The notes below the pieces were generated by a model. The model was not told where the DNA came from and did no database searches. It saw nothing but the letters and a program-made list of their open reading frames with translations. Positions 43,353 to 55,575 of a stretch of DNA of 64,000 bases are shown here, one piece after another. Within the stretch, counting starts at the first letter, position 1. Each line of letters begins with the position of its first letter. The translations under genes and the position numbers were made by a program. Source of the stretch: Octopus vulgaris (lineage: Eukaryota); the NCBI GenBank assembly GCA_951406725.2, contig OX597814.1, positions 100,378,001 to 100,442,000 of the forward strand, read 5' to 3'.

Positions 43353-44289
43353 TTAAATCCACACAGAACGAATGCCCAAGCTTAAATTTGGAAGTATACA
43401 ACAATATTACCGGATAGTACGGGGCAATTCTGAAGGTGGACGAGCTTTATACTGTACTTTACCACGTTTCTAACGAAATATACCATAACTATATATGATG
43501 ATCGTGTTTCAGTTTCCAACTATACACTCATAACGCTTTGGTCCTTCCGAGGTTATAGTAGAAGACACTTGCTTAAGATGCCACGTAGTGGGAAGGAACC
43601 TGGAATCATGTGGTTAGGTTCACATGTGGCTAGGTTCTCACCACACAGCCATGCCAACGCCTAATGTAATTCAGATACTTTTTTTTCGAAACTCTTGGCA
43701 CCGGCTGCCATGAATATGACAAACAACAGTTATAAAAGAATACATCAATCAGTTTATTACGTGTGTGTCATAGAACCATTTTTATTTATACTCACCGCTC
43801 CACTGTTTTATGTTTGATAATGGGATTTTTTGTATTTTTTTGTCAAAGGTATTTCCCATGTCAGTATTGACATTACTGAATTATACACCTGTGCTCCTTA
43901 CTTGCCCCATTTTTAGAGCCTTTGCTAATTACCTCTTTGCATTTAATGGACGCTTGTGTAGGTGTAATGTTTGTTTTACGGTGATACGGAACTGGGTTTA
44001 GTAGGTTAGTGAAAATATGCATGTGTGTATTTATGTCTTTATGTACCTATGAATGCGTCTATTCATATACTTACATATCTGTGAATCTATCACTCTAAAT
44101 ATATGCATGTATATATCGAAACAAGATTCTTGCAACCATGAGTGCAACACCCTAACCACTAATCCCACGTCACACACACCCACACGCACATATTCACACA
44201 CACACACACAGAAACAAACACATAACCCCCACCCACACACACATACACACAAACGCATGTACATCGCATTCCACTCTATCTTTCTCTTA

Positions 44290-44663
44290 TCTCTCTCTAT
44301 ATAAACGGCAGTTTGTCTGTGTGTGTTTCTGTGTGTCTGTTAGCTTGTACCCTCACCCTGACCACGGCTTTCAGCCGATTCTGATGAAACTTAACACACA
44401 CATAGCCCAATGTCATAATTCAAAACTAACGCAGAGAAAATTTTGAAAAGTTCCCCCAGTTCTGAAAAAAATCGATAAATTCGACATGGGGTCGAGAATC
44501 AGAAACACAAACCACAGACTGTCTAGGGGACGCAACTCGACCGTTTTAACTCTCAAAAAAAAATTTACCATAATTTTTTTTCCATTTTTGGGCTATAACT
44601 CTCTAAAAATGCTTTATAGTTATTTCCATTACAAACCCGAGCAACGCCGGGCGATACTGCTAG
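44290..44663 (+). mobile_element. Non-autonomous Helitron
   Basis: 5' TC..tatataaa, internal gtctgt repeats and ccgattctgatgaaactt, 3' hairpin cccgagcaacgccggg followed by CTAG, between host A and T. Confidence 0.85.
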
Positions 44664-44664
44664 T

Positions 44665-44704
<40 letters not shown>

Positions 44705-45157
44705 GCTTCATTAAGACATATATGCATATATTGAAAATAAATAGATACATAGATATACATACATACACACACATATATTACTATTAGAACTAAATAACAA
44801 TCTATATAATCAACTTAGTGGGGACATGCTTTAAGAATGCCATAAACCTTTCGTATTCATCCTAAGAAAGTATATCCTATAGACGTAAACCAGGGAATAT
44901 CAGCAGCAGAAAAAAGAGAGTCCAGTACCGGCGTGATTTCAAAGCCTTTGCTCTTCGTTAGAAGCTATCCATTATTATCGTCTCTAGCCAAATCTCGTCC
45001 CTACAGATATGTAGAATAACAGTGACTAATTTTCCACGTATCACAAATAGTTAGTGGGTTATATATACTGTTGTGTCTGGGGAGAGTCATTTTCGTTTTT
45101 TGCCTTATAATGTGATACACTCACCGGTAAAATTTTCACTCTTTTCTTATTTTTATT

Positions 45158-45198
45158 TTCCTAAAATTTTCGTTGCGTCTTGCAACCTTTTCAATAGA
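45158..45198 (-). ncRNA. Minimal hammerhead-like motif with U3-A8 core
   Basis: Minus strand: tcta-TTGAAAA-g-gttgc-aagac-gcaac-GAAA-AT-TT-tagg; palindrome AAAATTTT at stem III. Confidence 0.5.
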
Positions 45199-45472
45199 TT
45201 TCACTCTGTCCGTTATTTACACTGTGTTCCCTTTTGTTTGTTTGTGCGCATGTGTGTGGGTCAGTGTGTGTGTGTGTGCCTATGCATGCATGTACGTATG
45301 TATATATGTGTGTGTATGCATATGTTATGCATATGTATGTATGTGTGTGCATCTGTATGTACGTATCCTGCATATTTATGTGCTTGCATGTCCGTCTTTG
45401 TGTATTTTCTATGTATGTGTGTGTGAGCATGTGTTTGTATATGTATGCACCTCTGTCTCCTTGTGTGTACGT

Positions 45473-45514
<42 letters not shown>

Positions 45515-45821
45515 TTTGTGTGTGTGTGTGTGTGCGTTATGCAACTATGTACCATGTTTATATGTATGGATGTGCATCTTTATATGTGTGGATCCGTGTC
45601 TCCATATGTGTCTGTTCTTATAGCCTATATACCTATCTGTCTATATGTCAATCTGTTTATTTTCATATCATATGCTTACATACAAAAATAAAAGTGCATA
45701 CACACACTCACACCCACACACATACATACATTTTTCTACCTAAGAGTCCACTAACTGTTCTACTCCACCTGTGTAAACTGTGGGTATGGAGGGTTATATA
45801 TATGTATATATACATAAATAT

Positions 45822-45853
<32 letters not shown>

Positions 45854-45944
45854 CTCACAGAGAATCAAATATCCTTATTGAGCCATATACATACATATAC
45901 ATACATACATACACATATATACAGACAGAGTTCTAGTGAAAAAA

Positions 45945-46435
45945 TATATAACAAAAGAAGGAAAATGCCCACAATTCATATATTTTAATATATTTTAAAG
46001 GATAGAATATTACGATAGTCTACAGGTTTCGTGCGTCGCTAATTATGACATTGACACTGGTGAAAATATCGTAATTTAGTATTTTCTTAAAGAGTTTTTA
46101 GTCCGTGATGGTTGTATAAGTGTCTGTTTGTAAACAAACCAGCGTGTAGAAAAAATCTTAATGGAGGTAAATGGTGATTGTTATTATTTGCGATAATTGA
46201 TTTTTTTTTTTTGGAGCGGTACACATTTTTGTAGGATAGGCTATATTTTTTGCTCCAACTTTCATACAAGCAGCATGGACTAAAAACTCCTTAAGAAAGT
46301 ACAAAATAGCAATATTTTCACCAATCTCAATGTCCTAGGGCGAAACCCGAAACCAGTAGACTGTCATATTATTATATCTTTTAAAATATATTAAAAATAT
46401 ACAAATTGCGTGCATTTTCCGCCTTTTGTTATGTG
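45945..46435. repeat. Inverted repeat (~175-bp diverged arms, 45945-46120 / 46262-46435)
   Basis: ataacaaaagaaggaaaatgc..tattttaatatattttaaa vs tttaaaatatattaaaaata..gcattttccgccttttgttat. Both arms keep GAAAC-c(a/t)g-TA-gact, a probable hammerhead 3' half. Confidence 0.75.
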
Positions 46436-47226
46436 TATCTATATATATATGAGTGTGTGTGTGTGCGTGTGTGTCTATGTTTGTGTGTGTGTGTGCGCCT
46501 GTGTTTGTGTGTGTGTATGTGTATGTATGTATGTATTTATCTATATGTCTATCTATATACATATACATACATAAATATTAAATAGATTTGTGTGTGCACG
46601 CATGTGTTTGAGTATGAGCGTTTGTGTACGTGTGCAGGTGCAGTACTATCGAAAGTGTAAAATATTTGCTTCGCAACCACGACGACTTGGACTCTGTCCC
46701 ACCGCATGCTATCTTGGATAAATGTCAATTATAAATAGACTCCTGCAGATCCAACTTGTGAGTGAAATTCAGTAGGTCAAAAATGTGCAAAAGACCATCG
46801 GTTGGATTGTACCGGTAATTTAAAGAGACAGCCTTGAACCATACTGCCTAACGCTGATTCTACCTGAGAGTTATTTTAAGGGTACACCTATCTGTGGAAT
46901 ATTCACCAACTTATACCTTACTTTAGAAGCATGTAATGCGTTTTATCGAATCAAATCCTGATCATCAAACGCGTTCAAAGTGTTATAGTCGCGGGAGGGA
47001 GAATACTTTTTATGAACAGCTACATATCATGACCAATTTTGGACATATTTCTTCTGAAGTACACCGTGGAAACAGATACTCTTCTCTTGTTATCTGGCTT
47101 TCTCTCTCTCTCTCCTCTTTACCTTTGTCTCTCTCTTTCTCCCCCTCACTCTCTCTTAACACATGCATTCAAACACACAGAGACACATGCATTAAGGTGT
47201 GTGCGCCTATATACACATACATATAC

Positions 47227-47284
<58 letters not shown>

Positions 47285-47699
47285 GCATGCTTTTATATAT
47301 ACAAATAGAGAGAGAGGCGACGAGAGAGGAAAAAAAAAGAGGGGAAAGAGATTGAGGCGGGGCGAAAGTGTGACACGTGATTTCAAAGTAATTCGAAAGT
47401 CATTTCTATTCTGTAAATTAGGCAGATTCATTGAAAATTATTTGAGTGAAACATTTGTTTGATACTAACAATGAAGTATATAAAAACCCAAACAAAAGCG
47501 GAAACATTTTACGGAAGCACAGGTTTAGTGAGGCATTATCAAACGGAATAGACTTATATTTCAGAGGGAATTTTAAATGAATCAGGCTAAGTTTTAGGCT
47601 GAAGATTGGGGTAAATGAAGCATAACGTCTGAGCAGTTATATTACGTCATACAATTCAGATACAATTTACGTCATACAATTTAGATACGCCTGACACAG

Positions 47700-49420
47700 A
47701 ACTCCATACTCGTGAACATGTACTCTCGCTATGTTGATGATATCAACATAGTGGTAAAGGCACCCCCACAAGAGAGTACTCCTGAAATAGAAATAGAAAC
47801 TAATACTATGGAGAGCATCCAGCAAATAGCTAACTCCATCCACCAGAGTATTAAGGTGAGAATAGACTACGCTACTAAGCCCCCTAACCATTGACTACCA
47901 GTACTAGATACAGAACTCTGGTTAGAAACTGAGAATAATAAGACCCGAATCCGCCATTCACACAATGCCAAACCTATGGCTTCCTAATACTTGATCCACC
48001 GGAACTCAGCTATCGCGGACAATGCCAAATTCAATATTTTGATGGCAGACCTCGTCAGAATAATGCGAAATGTGTCCCGCATGTGCGACCCGACAGAGTT
48101 AAAGAGACGCATACAACATTTCGTTCACCGCATGCACTTCTCAGGTTACAGCCATAAAGAATGGATCAGAGTATACAAAGGAGCCATGAAGAAATTTGAT
48201 ACTATCATACGTAACGATGGGAATGAGATTTGCCAACACTATAGGAGCAAGTCATGGAATTCTATTGAAAGGACTAAGAAAATAGGGAAGGCCAACTCTT
48301 GGTATGATAGCCACAAATACCAGCGTGTAATGTTCGTCGACACTACTCCTAGAGGCGAACTGGCGTACCGCTTTAGAAGGGCCCTAGACAAACTTAAGCT
48401 AAGGATTAAGGTTGTTGAAAGGCCAGGCAACCCTATCAAATCCCTAATCGGTAGAACCTACCCTTTTAGTAGAATCCCATGTACGGATAGGAAGTGTACT
48501 CTGTGTAGATTGAGCCCACAAACAAACTGTTTAGCCAGAAATGTAGTCTATAGATGTACAGAGGGACGATGCAGTAACAAGACAACGACGTACATAGGGG
48601 AAACGGCACGGAGCATAGGGGAGCGGGTAAATGAAAATTGGAGGGAACTTAAGGAAGAAAAGAGCTCATCGGTTCTGTACCACCACGTCGAGCAGGAACA
48701 CGGGGGCTCACTCAACAATATAGAAGTTAAAATCTTGTTCACACATAGAACAGACGCAACAGTTAGACAAATTACATAAGCTACAGACATAATAGAAAAT
48801 AAACCTAGCCTGAATAGGAAACTGGAATGGAACACTAGCACACACCCCCAACACACCACAACATATGACAGAATAAGATCCCCATAAACTGATAACAATA
48901 TAAACAAAACAAAATACATAATAAAATACACAGATAAACAAATGGAATTAAATAACTATATACACTAACAACATTTAAAAAAAACCTAAATAAATAAATA
49001 AAAAAATTCATATAATTAAATAAAAAAATAATGATAATAAGCAGGTATAAACACATGAACAAAATAAACAAAAACAAATTAAACGAACGTGTATAAACAG
49101 GAGATACAGATAATACAGGCACTTCCCCCATACACACACTAAGTAAACATAGACACGCATAGGGGTATACGCATGCGCAAATAAAGACATACATTTAGAA
49201 TACTAAATGCAAAATGGCTGATCGTTAGTAAGGAGAGACACGCAAATAAAAAAAAAAAGAAAGTAAAGGACCACTGATGAGGTCACAGAAGTGTGACGAA
49301 AGAACTCTGGCCGAAATAAGATTAAGATTAATGTAAAAAATAAATAAAGATGGAGCAAATTAACACCAAATATATCGTGTGTGTGTTTTTATGACCATTC
49401 CTAGATACAACAACATCTGT
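47700..49420 (+). mobile_element. 5'-truncated Penelope-like retroelement (RT C-half + GIY-YIG) with 3' pLTR
   Basis: SRYVDDINIV (RT catalytic), LPVLDTELW, KPMAS, CTDRKCTLC linker and NVVYRC...TYIGETARSIGERV (GIY-YIG); stops and frameshifts present; hammerhead downstream. Confidence 0.9.
49268..49312 (+). ncRNA. Minimal hammerhead ribozyme in the PLE 3' repeat
   Basis: cca-CTGATGA-g-gtcaca-gaag-tgtgac-GAAA-gaac-TC-tgg. Confidence 0.8.
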
Positions 49421-49582
49421 TTCAACACACGATTTCACATCAAGAATCTTGCAAAACAAATATATAAACGTAAAAATTTAGATACACTTTTAACACATAT
49501 ACGTAGAACACAGAGGCACACACGCACAATGCATACACATGTTTAATAAAGAATATAAATTTATCGCATAAATAAATTTAAT

Positions 49583-49902
49583 ACTGGGTTGGCAGAAAAT
49601 CCATTTTTTAAACGAAAATTAGACACAAGTGATTCATTCAATTAATGGTATAATTACCATTTTGTGCCAATATCTTCTGACATTTTGTTAGCAGAGGAGT
49701 GCTACTGATTTTGGGTAAAAGAATATACAGTAGCATCAGGCAATTATGATTTTATTCAATATAGTCCAATTTCAGATTCGTACATTTATTGCAACGGTCC
49801 TTTAGTTTTTGTAAGCCCTGTAAATGCACTCAGAAGTTTAGGCCTACAATCAGGCCTTTCGCGATACCCTTAAAGCTAGGGACTTTTCAACCCTCCCTCG
49901 TA
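49583..49902 (-). mobile_element. Two adjacent mariner remnants
   Basis: 49583-49695: TIR-like tactgggttggc and LLTKCQKILAQNGNYTIN*. 49760-49902: reverse copy of the 16543-16765 element. Confidence 0.65.
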
Positions 49903-50269
49903 TTAAATAGCGAATAATGGGACGATGAAAGAAAGTCATTTAGACGTCTTTAGCTGCGAAAATGCAGACCCGTTTAGTATGGAGTTTACGAGGATTTAGA
50001 ACTTCATTTCTGGGGATAGCTTATCATCTTGGCAGTTAGATACGGAGATACGGTAGTAGTTATTTTTGTCTTCTAAATTTCCTCGGTGTATGCATGCATG
50101 AAGCTTGCATGAACAGCAAGACAGAAGGAATTGAGTGAAAGCGAAAAAAGAGCCTGAAAAATTATTGAGCACATTTTAAAATATTGTTTAGAAAATTACA
50201 TTCATTGTATTAAGATAGCATACTCTGCTATTATTTACGTGTAAGTAACCCATTGACCAGGAACATGGT

Positions 50270-50452
50270 AATTTTGGTTCATCTTCAAAACTCTACCTTC
50301 CCCTCCTAAATGCAGTTGTCCACGTTTGCAGTGTTGAGAAAGCTGGAGCGTCAACCCCCAATGTAACAACTATGCCAGCATGATGTCGTTGGCGGTTTAA
50401 ATATTTTCTCTGTAGGCACTTGATAAGGCCACATTGCCACTCTTTTTCCATT
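50270..50452 (-). pseudogene. Mariner (irritans-like) transposase N-terminal fragment
   Basis: MEKEWQCGLIKCLQRK / GIVVTLGVDAPAFSTLQTWTTAFRRGR*SFEDEP. Confidence 0.75.
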
Positions 50453-51198
50453 TTCATGAGAAGTTGCTACTAGATGCTTTTAAGGTCTGCTCTGAACAAT
50501 CAGATGTCAGTTTACTTGGAAAAAAACAATGCAATAATTAATAAGATGATTCAAAATTAATGCGTGCAATATTTCACAGTTCTAGCTTCACTTTTTCATA
50601 GTGAGCTTAAGAAAGTTTTTGCCAACCTCGTATTTTAGTCTTCAGAAACACCACTAAAGGTGGTAGTAATCGTTCTTTCCCTGAGTTGTGATTTTGGGGA
50701 ATAATTTACTCAGATGGAGATCAACACGTGTAATGTATTTTTCAACGTGTGAGAGGTACCGATGACAGGGCGGGAAAAGTTAATCCTTAAAAGAGTAGGT
50801 AGGGGTCGTGTCCATGCAAAGGAGTGGCCACCATTAAATAAAGAATAAGTTTAAGGAGGTGGAATTAAGCCGTTCTAGGGATTAAATATGCCACCAAAGA
50901 ACAGGACTCGGGTATCTGGCGGCACGTTCAAAGGTAAACACAATATCAGGGCTTTCGAGCGTCTCAAATATGCATAATAATAGACACTATAGCAATCATG
51001 GCTTTTAATCATGTATAAAAAGTTCATTCGTACGCATACAAATACACAGATGTGTATAGATGTGTAAGCACGTATGCATATACATGTATACATACACACA
51101 AATATGTATGTATATGAGTATGTATAAACATGTATATATTTATGCCTATACATATATACATATATATTACACACGCACATATATGACAGATAGATAGT

Positions 51199-51242
<44 letters not shown>

Positions 51243-51309
51243 GAGACAGACAGAGAGACAGACAGATGGACATACAGACAGATACATACATACATATATA
51301 TATTACTAC

Positions 51310-51680
51310 TGCACTCCGTCGTTTACGACGACGTGGGTTCCAGTTGATCCAATTAATGGAACAGCCTGCTCGTGATATTAACGCGCAAGTGGCTGAGCAG
51401 CCCACATACACGTGTACCCTAAACGCAGTTCTTGGGGAGATTCAGCATGACACAGGATGTGACAAGATTGGCCCTTTGAAATACAGGTACAACAGACACA
51501 GGAAGAAAGAGCAAGAGGTGGTGAAAGAATAAAGCAGGGTTCACCACCACCACCTGCCGAAGCCTCGTGGAGTTTTAAGTGTTTTCGCTCAATAAACATT
51601 CACAACGACCGGTCTGAGAATCGAAACTGCGATCCTATGACCGCAAGTCCGCTGTCCCAAACACTGGGTCATTGCCCCCC
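51310..51680 (-). mobile_element. tRNA-derived SINE; head and body like 31213-31481, tail like 60900-61075
   Basis: Shared blocks ggaagaaagag..gtggtgaaaga and gtacc..caaagggcc..gaact(g/a)cgtt(t/a)agggtaca..caggctgttcc..tggaaccc. Confidence 0.8.
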
Positions 51681-52052
51681 AGGAGTGGCTGTGTGGTAAG
51701 TAGCTTGCTTACCAACCACACGGCTCCGATTTCAGTCCCACTGCGTGGCACCTTGGGCGAGTGTCTTCTACCATAGCCTCGGGTCGACCAAAGGCTTGTG
51801 AGTGGATTTAGTTGACGGAAACTAAAAGAAGCCCGTCATATATATGTGTATATATATGTGTGTGTATATGTTTGTGTGTCTGTGGTTGTCCCCCCACCCA
51901 ACATCGCTTGACAACCGATGCTGGTGTGTTTACGTCCCCTTAACTTAGCGGTTCGGCAAAAAGAATAAGTCCTGGGGTCGATTTGCTCGACTGAAGGCGG
52001 TGCTCCAGCATGGCCACAGCCAAAATGACTAAAAACAGTAAATGAGTAAAGA
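51680..52052 (+). mobile_element. SINE family B
   Basis: Same blocks as 33028-33430; head-to-head with the preceding SINE. Confidence 0.88.
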
Positions 52053-52113
<61 letters not shown>

Positions 52114-52207
52114 TAAGTAAGGAAACATTTTTTTAAAAATGCAGAATGCTCAAATGAAAGAAAATTTTAATAAAATGAGAAATTGATAAAATATATAAAT
52201 ATATATT

Positions 52208-52248
52208 TATTCAACCGGTTTTCGTCATTGTATGACTTGTCAAGAATA
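52208..52248 (-). ncRNA. Minimal hammerhead-like motif, U3-A8 variant (left arm)
   Basis: Reverse complement of 53294-53334. Confidence 0.65.
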
Positions 52249-53293
52249 TTTATGTTTTAAAAAGTTTTTTTAAAAATTAGAAAGGGGAAAAAAAGAAAAT
52301 TGCATTGTTTTTTGTAAAAGAATAATGATAAAAATGTACAAAAATTAAAAAATAAGTTCTCCGATACATTGTGAGTTGGTTGTGTATCTTGAGTTTTATG
52401 GTTGTTCACGAAAAAATTACCTTGAGGTGTTAAGATCCAAAGGGATTAAGAGCATGTGCTGTGTTGTTTAATTCAACATGTTTGCAGGACAGGAAGTAGT
52501 AGTAATTGTGGTTCTTCAGTTCCTGTGTTGTGAGTAAGGGGAGACAACTCTTTTGAGTTCTTCAATAAAACCCAAATTATAAAATTATCATTTTAGCTTC
52601 ATTTGCGTTATCTTTTTTATATAATTGCTTGTTAACTTAACTTTCAGATTTTAACACTTTATTTATATTTTTTTCTAATTATATAAATCTGCATAGACAA
52701 TTGCATTTCAAATTGTCATATCATTTATAATAAAAATGATAGTAATAACAACAATAGTAAAAATGATATTTAAAGAATATAAGTTTTAGCTTGAAGTGAT
52801 GAATGCATGGTATCTTTATATATTTGTGTTAGTCCATCCATGAAGAGTGAGGTAGAGAAAGGAAGTTTGATCAACGAGGAGTTTGCATATTAAGTTGTGT
52901 TTGGAATTTTTCAATAAAGAGATTCTCCTTGTTAATTCTCTCCTGTGTGGTGATCCCGTCTTTACATTGGTAGAAGGGGAATATATAGAATTTGGGGTTT
53001 AAGTCTTTAGCACATGAGTCTAAGTGGTCACTCAGTGGAATTTGTCGGTATTCCGGAGATTTATTTGTTCTTTATGCATCTTAACACCTCAAGGTGTTCT
53101 TTTGGATCTTAACACCTCAAGGTAATTTTTTAGTGAACAACCATAAAACTCAAGATACACAACGAACTCACAATGTATCGGAGAACTTATTTTTTAATAT
53201 TTGTACATTTTTATCATTATACTTTTACAAAAAACAATGCAATTTTCTTTTTTTTCCCTTTCTAATTTTTAAAAAAACTTTTTAAAACATAAA

Positions 53294-53334
53294 TATTCTT
53301 GACAAGTCATACAATGACGAAAACCGGTTGAATA
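53294..53334 (+). ncRNA. Minimal hammerhead-like motif, U3-A8 variant (right arm)
   Basis: tattc-TTGACAA-gtcat-aca-atgac-GAAA-accgg-TT-gaata; palindrome AACCGGTT; register at the cleavage site is ambiguous by one base. Confidence 0.65.
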
Positions 53335-53470
53335 AATATATATTTATATATTTTATCAATTTCTCATTTTATTAAAATTTTCTTTCATTTGAGCATTCTG
53401 CATTTAAAAAAAAATTTTCCTTACTTATCATTTCTCCACGTGCGGTCAACACAACCCCACCATTTATTGA

Positions 53471-53506
<36 letters not shown>

Positions 53507-53521
53507 CATACATATATATAT

Positions 53522-53578
<57 letters not shown>

Positions 53579-53583
53579 CATAC

Positions 53584-53644
<61 letters not shown>

Positions 53645-53656
53645 TATATATATATA

Positions 53657-53688
<32 letters not shown>

Positions 53689-54163
53689 CGGAGAGAGAGA
53701 GAGAAAGAGAGAGGGGAATAGCGTGAGAGAAATAGGGTGAGAAAAAATGTATGAGTTGTATATTGCTACAAAATCACACCAATGTTCAAATAGATAGAGG
53801 CATATACTCAAATACATACATAATCTTACAATTTTATCAAATTACTTATCCGTACAATAGTATTTACCGGTTGTTAAGAGCACAGTATGCAATGACACTA
53901 ACATGAAAGAGACCGAGTACTTTGTATCATTTAATATAATCGAGAGAAACAGAACGAGTGGGCGGGGACTGAGTGAAAAAGTAGCAAAATAGACGTTTAG
54001 GGGTGTTTAAGACGAACAGACAAAATGGTATATAATCAATCAGGGGAAAATAAATACCATATTTTGCAATAACTGACTGAGTACACGTGTTTGTGTGTGT
54101 GTGTGTGTGTTTGTACGTATGCTTGTATAAAGATCATGTATGTCTACGTATATAGGTATGTAT

Positions 54164-54207
<44 letters not shown>

Positions 54208-54209
54208 TA

Positions 54210-54302
54210 AAAATGAATAGAAATTGCTTTCCTGAAAAATTTTCCACTTTAATAATTAGATATAGTCGTAAAATTATCAGGAAAGCCATTTCAGTTCATT
54301 TT
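54210..54302. repeat. Short fold-back (~33-bp arms)
   Basis: aaaatgaatagaaattgctttcctgaaaaatttt vs aaaattatcaggaaagccatttcagttcatttt. Confidence 0.7.
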
Positions 54303-54361
54303 CTTTTTTTTTTTTTAAGTATATAATACTGTACCAAGAGATTTCTACTTCTTATTCTGCT

Positions 54362-54400
<39 letters not shown>

Positions 54401-54419
54401 GTATATATACATAGAGAGA

Positions 54420-54702
54420 GGTTGGGGAAAATGCTGCTGCGTGGGCTGGAGCAGGGGAACGAGCCAGGCTTGGAGTTGGGGCTAGGGAAGAAACTGTGGA
54501 CCAGAAGGTCACGTAGATTGTGGGCTCGTTTGAAGGAGGGAACGGGTAGTTTGGGGAAGATGTGTGAAGGGGAGGGGTCGGAGAATGGTGCTTTGGAGGG
54601 GCAGGGTGGAGGAGTTGTAGGTGAGAGAAACAGGATACGGGAAAATATTTGGGCCTCAACGTAGCCAATGAACAGGTTCGCATAGTTGGAGCCCATTCTC
54701 GT
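54420..54702 (-). pseudogene. Internally deleted Penelope-like (Neptune-type) fragment
   Basis: TRMGSNYANLFIGYVEAQIF (RT motif B') fused to HIFPKLPVPSFKRAHNLRDLLVHS...PGSFPC (linker before GIY-YIG). Confidence 0.8.
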
Positions 54703-54731
54703 ATATATGTCTATGTATACGCACACACACT

Positions 54732-54773
<42 letters not shown>

Positions 54774-55032
54774 GGTCGAAGTATGCATGTTTGGTTAAGT
54801 ACCTCACTTTGAAACCGAGTAGTTTCGGGTTCAGTCTCACTGCGCGACACATTGTGCAAGTGTCTTCCAATTTCGCTTCCGCTATTCCTTCATTTCCATT
54901 GACAGCGCGTGAACCAGCAAGCAGCTACCAAACCCCCCTCTCTCTCTCTCTCTCTCTTGCTTTTCATTCGTTTGCTCTCTCAAGTCCTATACATATGTGT
55001 GTGTACGTATAGATAGATAGATAGATAGATAT

Positions 55033-55099
<67 letters not shown>

Positions 55100-55400
55100 T
55101 ATAGATAGATAGATAAATAGATAGATAGATAGATACATTGATGGGTCAATTATTGCCTCATTAGCACATTATGTAGGATCCTGGCTAGCGTAGTATTCCA
55201 AAATCAGAAGGTGTTCCTTAAAACATAAATTGATATTAAAAGGAAAACTGCACAACTCCAAAGTATGGTCCAGTAAGGTTAATATAAGAGCTGGAGTGTG
55301 ATTAATAATTTGAATGTGGAAAGAAATCAAATTGACATTACTATTTTTCTTGTAAAAAAATTATATATAACTATATTTGGTCAATCGTGGCCTCAAATCA

Positions 55401-55554
55401 TGACATCTGAGGAAATGAAGGGACTTTACGGTTATTATTATATATTTCTATATATTATGTCGTACATTACATAACATTGCATGAATTGTATAACATTGAA
55501 TCAGATATGGAATAAAAATAATATAGTCCGTTTACAGAAACAATTGCAATGTCA
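55401..55554 (+). ncRNA. Hammerhead with ~120-nt stem II insert and mutated cleavage site; part of inverted repeat 55318-55385 / 55495-55567
   Basis: tgacat-CTGAGGA-a..gggact...agtcc..-GAAAC-AATT-GCA-atgtca; the inverted arm retains GTA-atgtcaa. Confidence 0.65.
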
Positions 55555-55575
55555 ATTTGACTTCTCCCTTCTCAT

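Larger units (their letters stand above)
52113..53428 (-). mobile_element. Truncated Penelope-like element with inverted pLTR (~330-bp near-perfect inverted repeats 52113-52441 / 53101-53428)
   Basis: Arms are near-identical reverse complements. The spacer on minus (53077-52871) encodes MHKEQI / PEYRQIPLSDHLDSCAKDLNPKFYIFPFYQCKDGITTQERINKENLFIEKFQTQLN, typical of a PLE GIY-YIG C-terminus. Confidence 0.88.

Noticed and set aside
44920-44968. Hammerhead-like CTAACGAAGAGC..GCTTTGAAA on minus
   Set aside because: G5 is missing and stems I and III do not close; at best a decayed relic.
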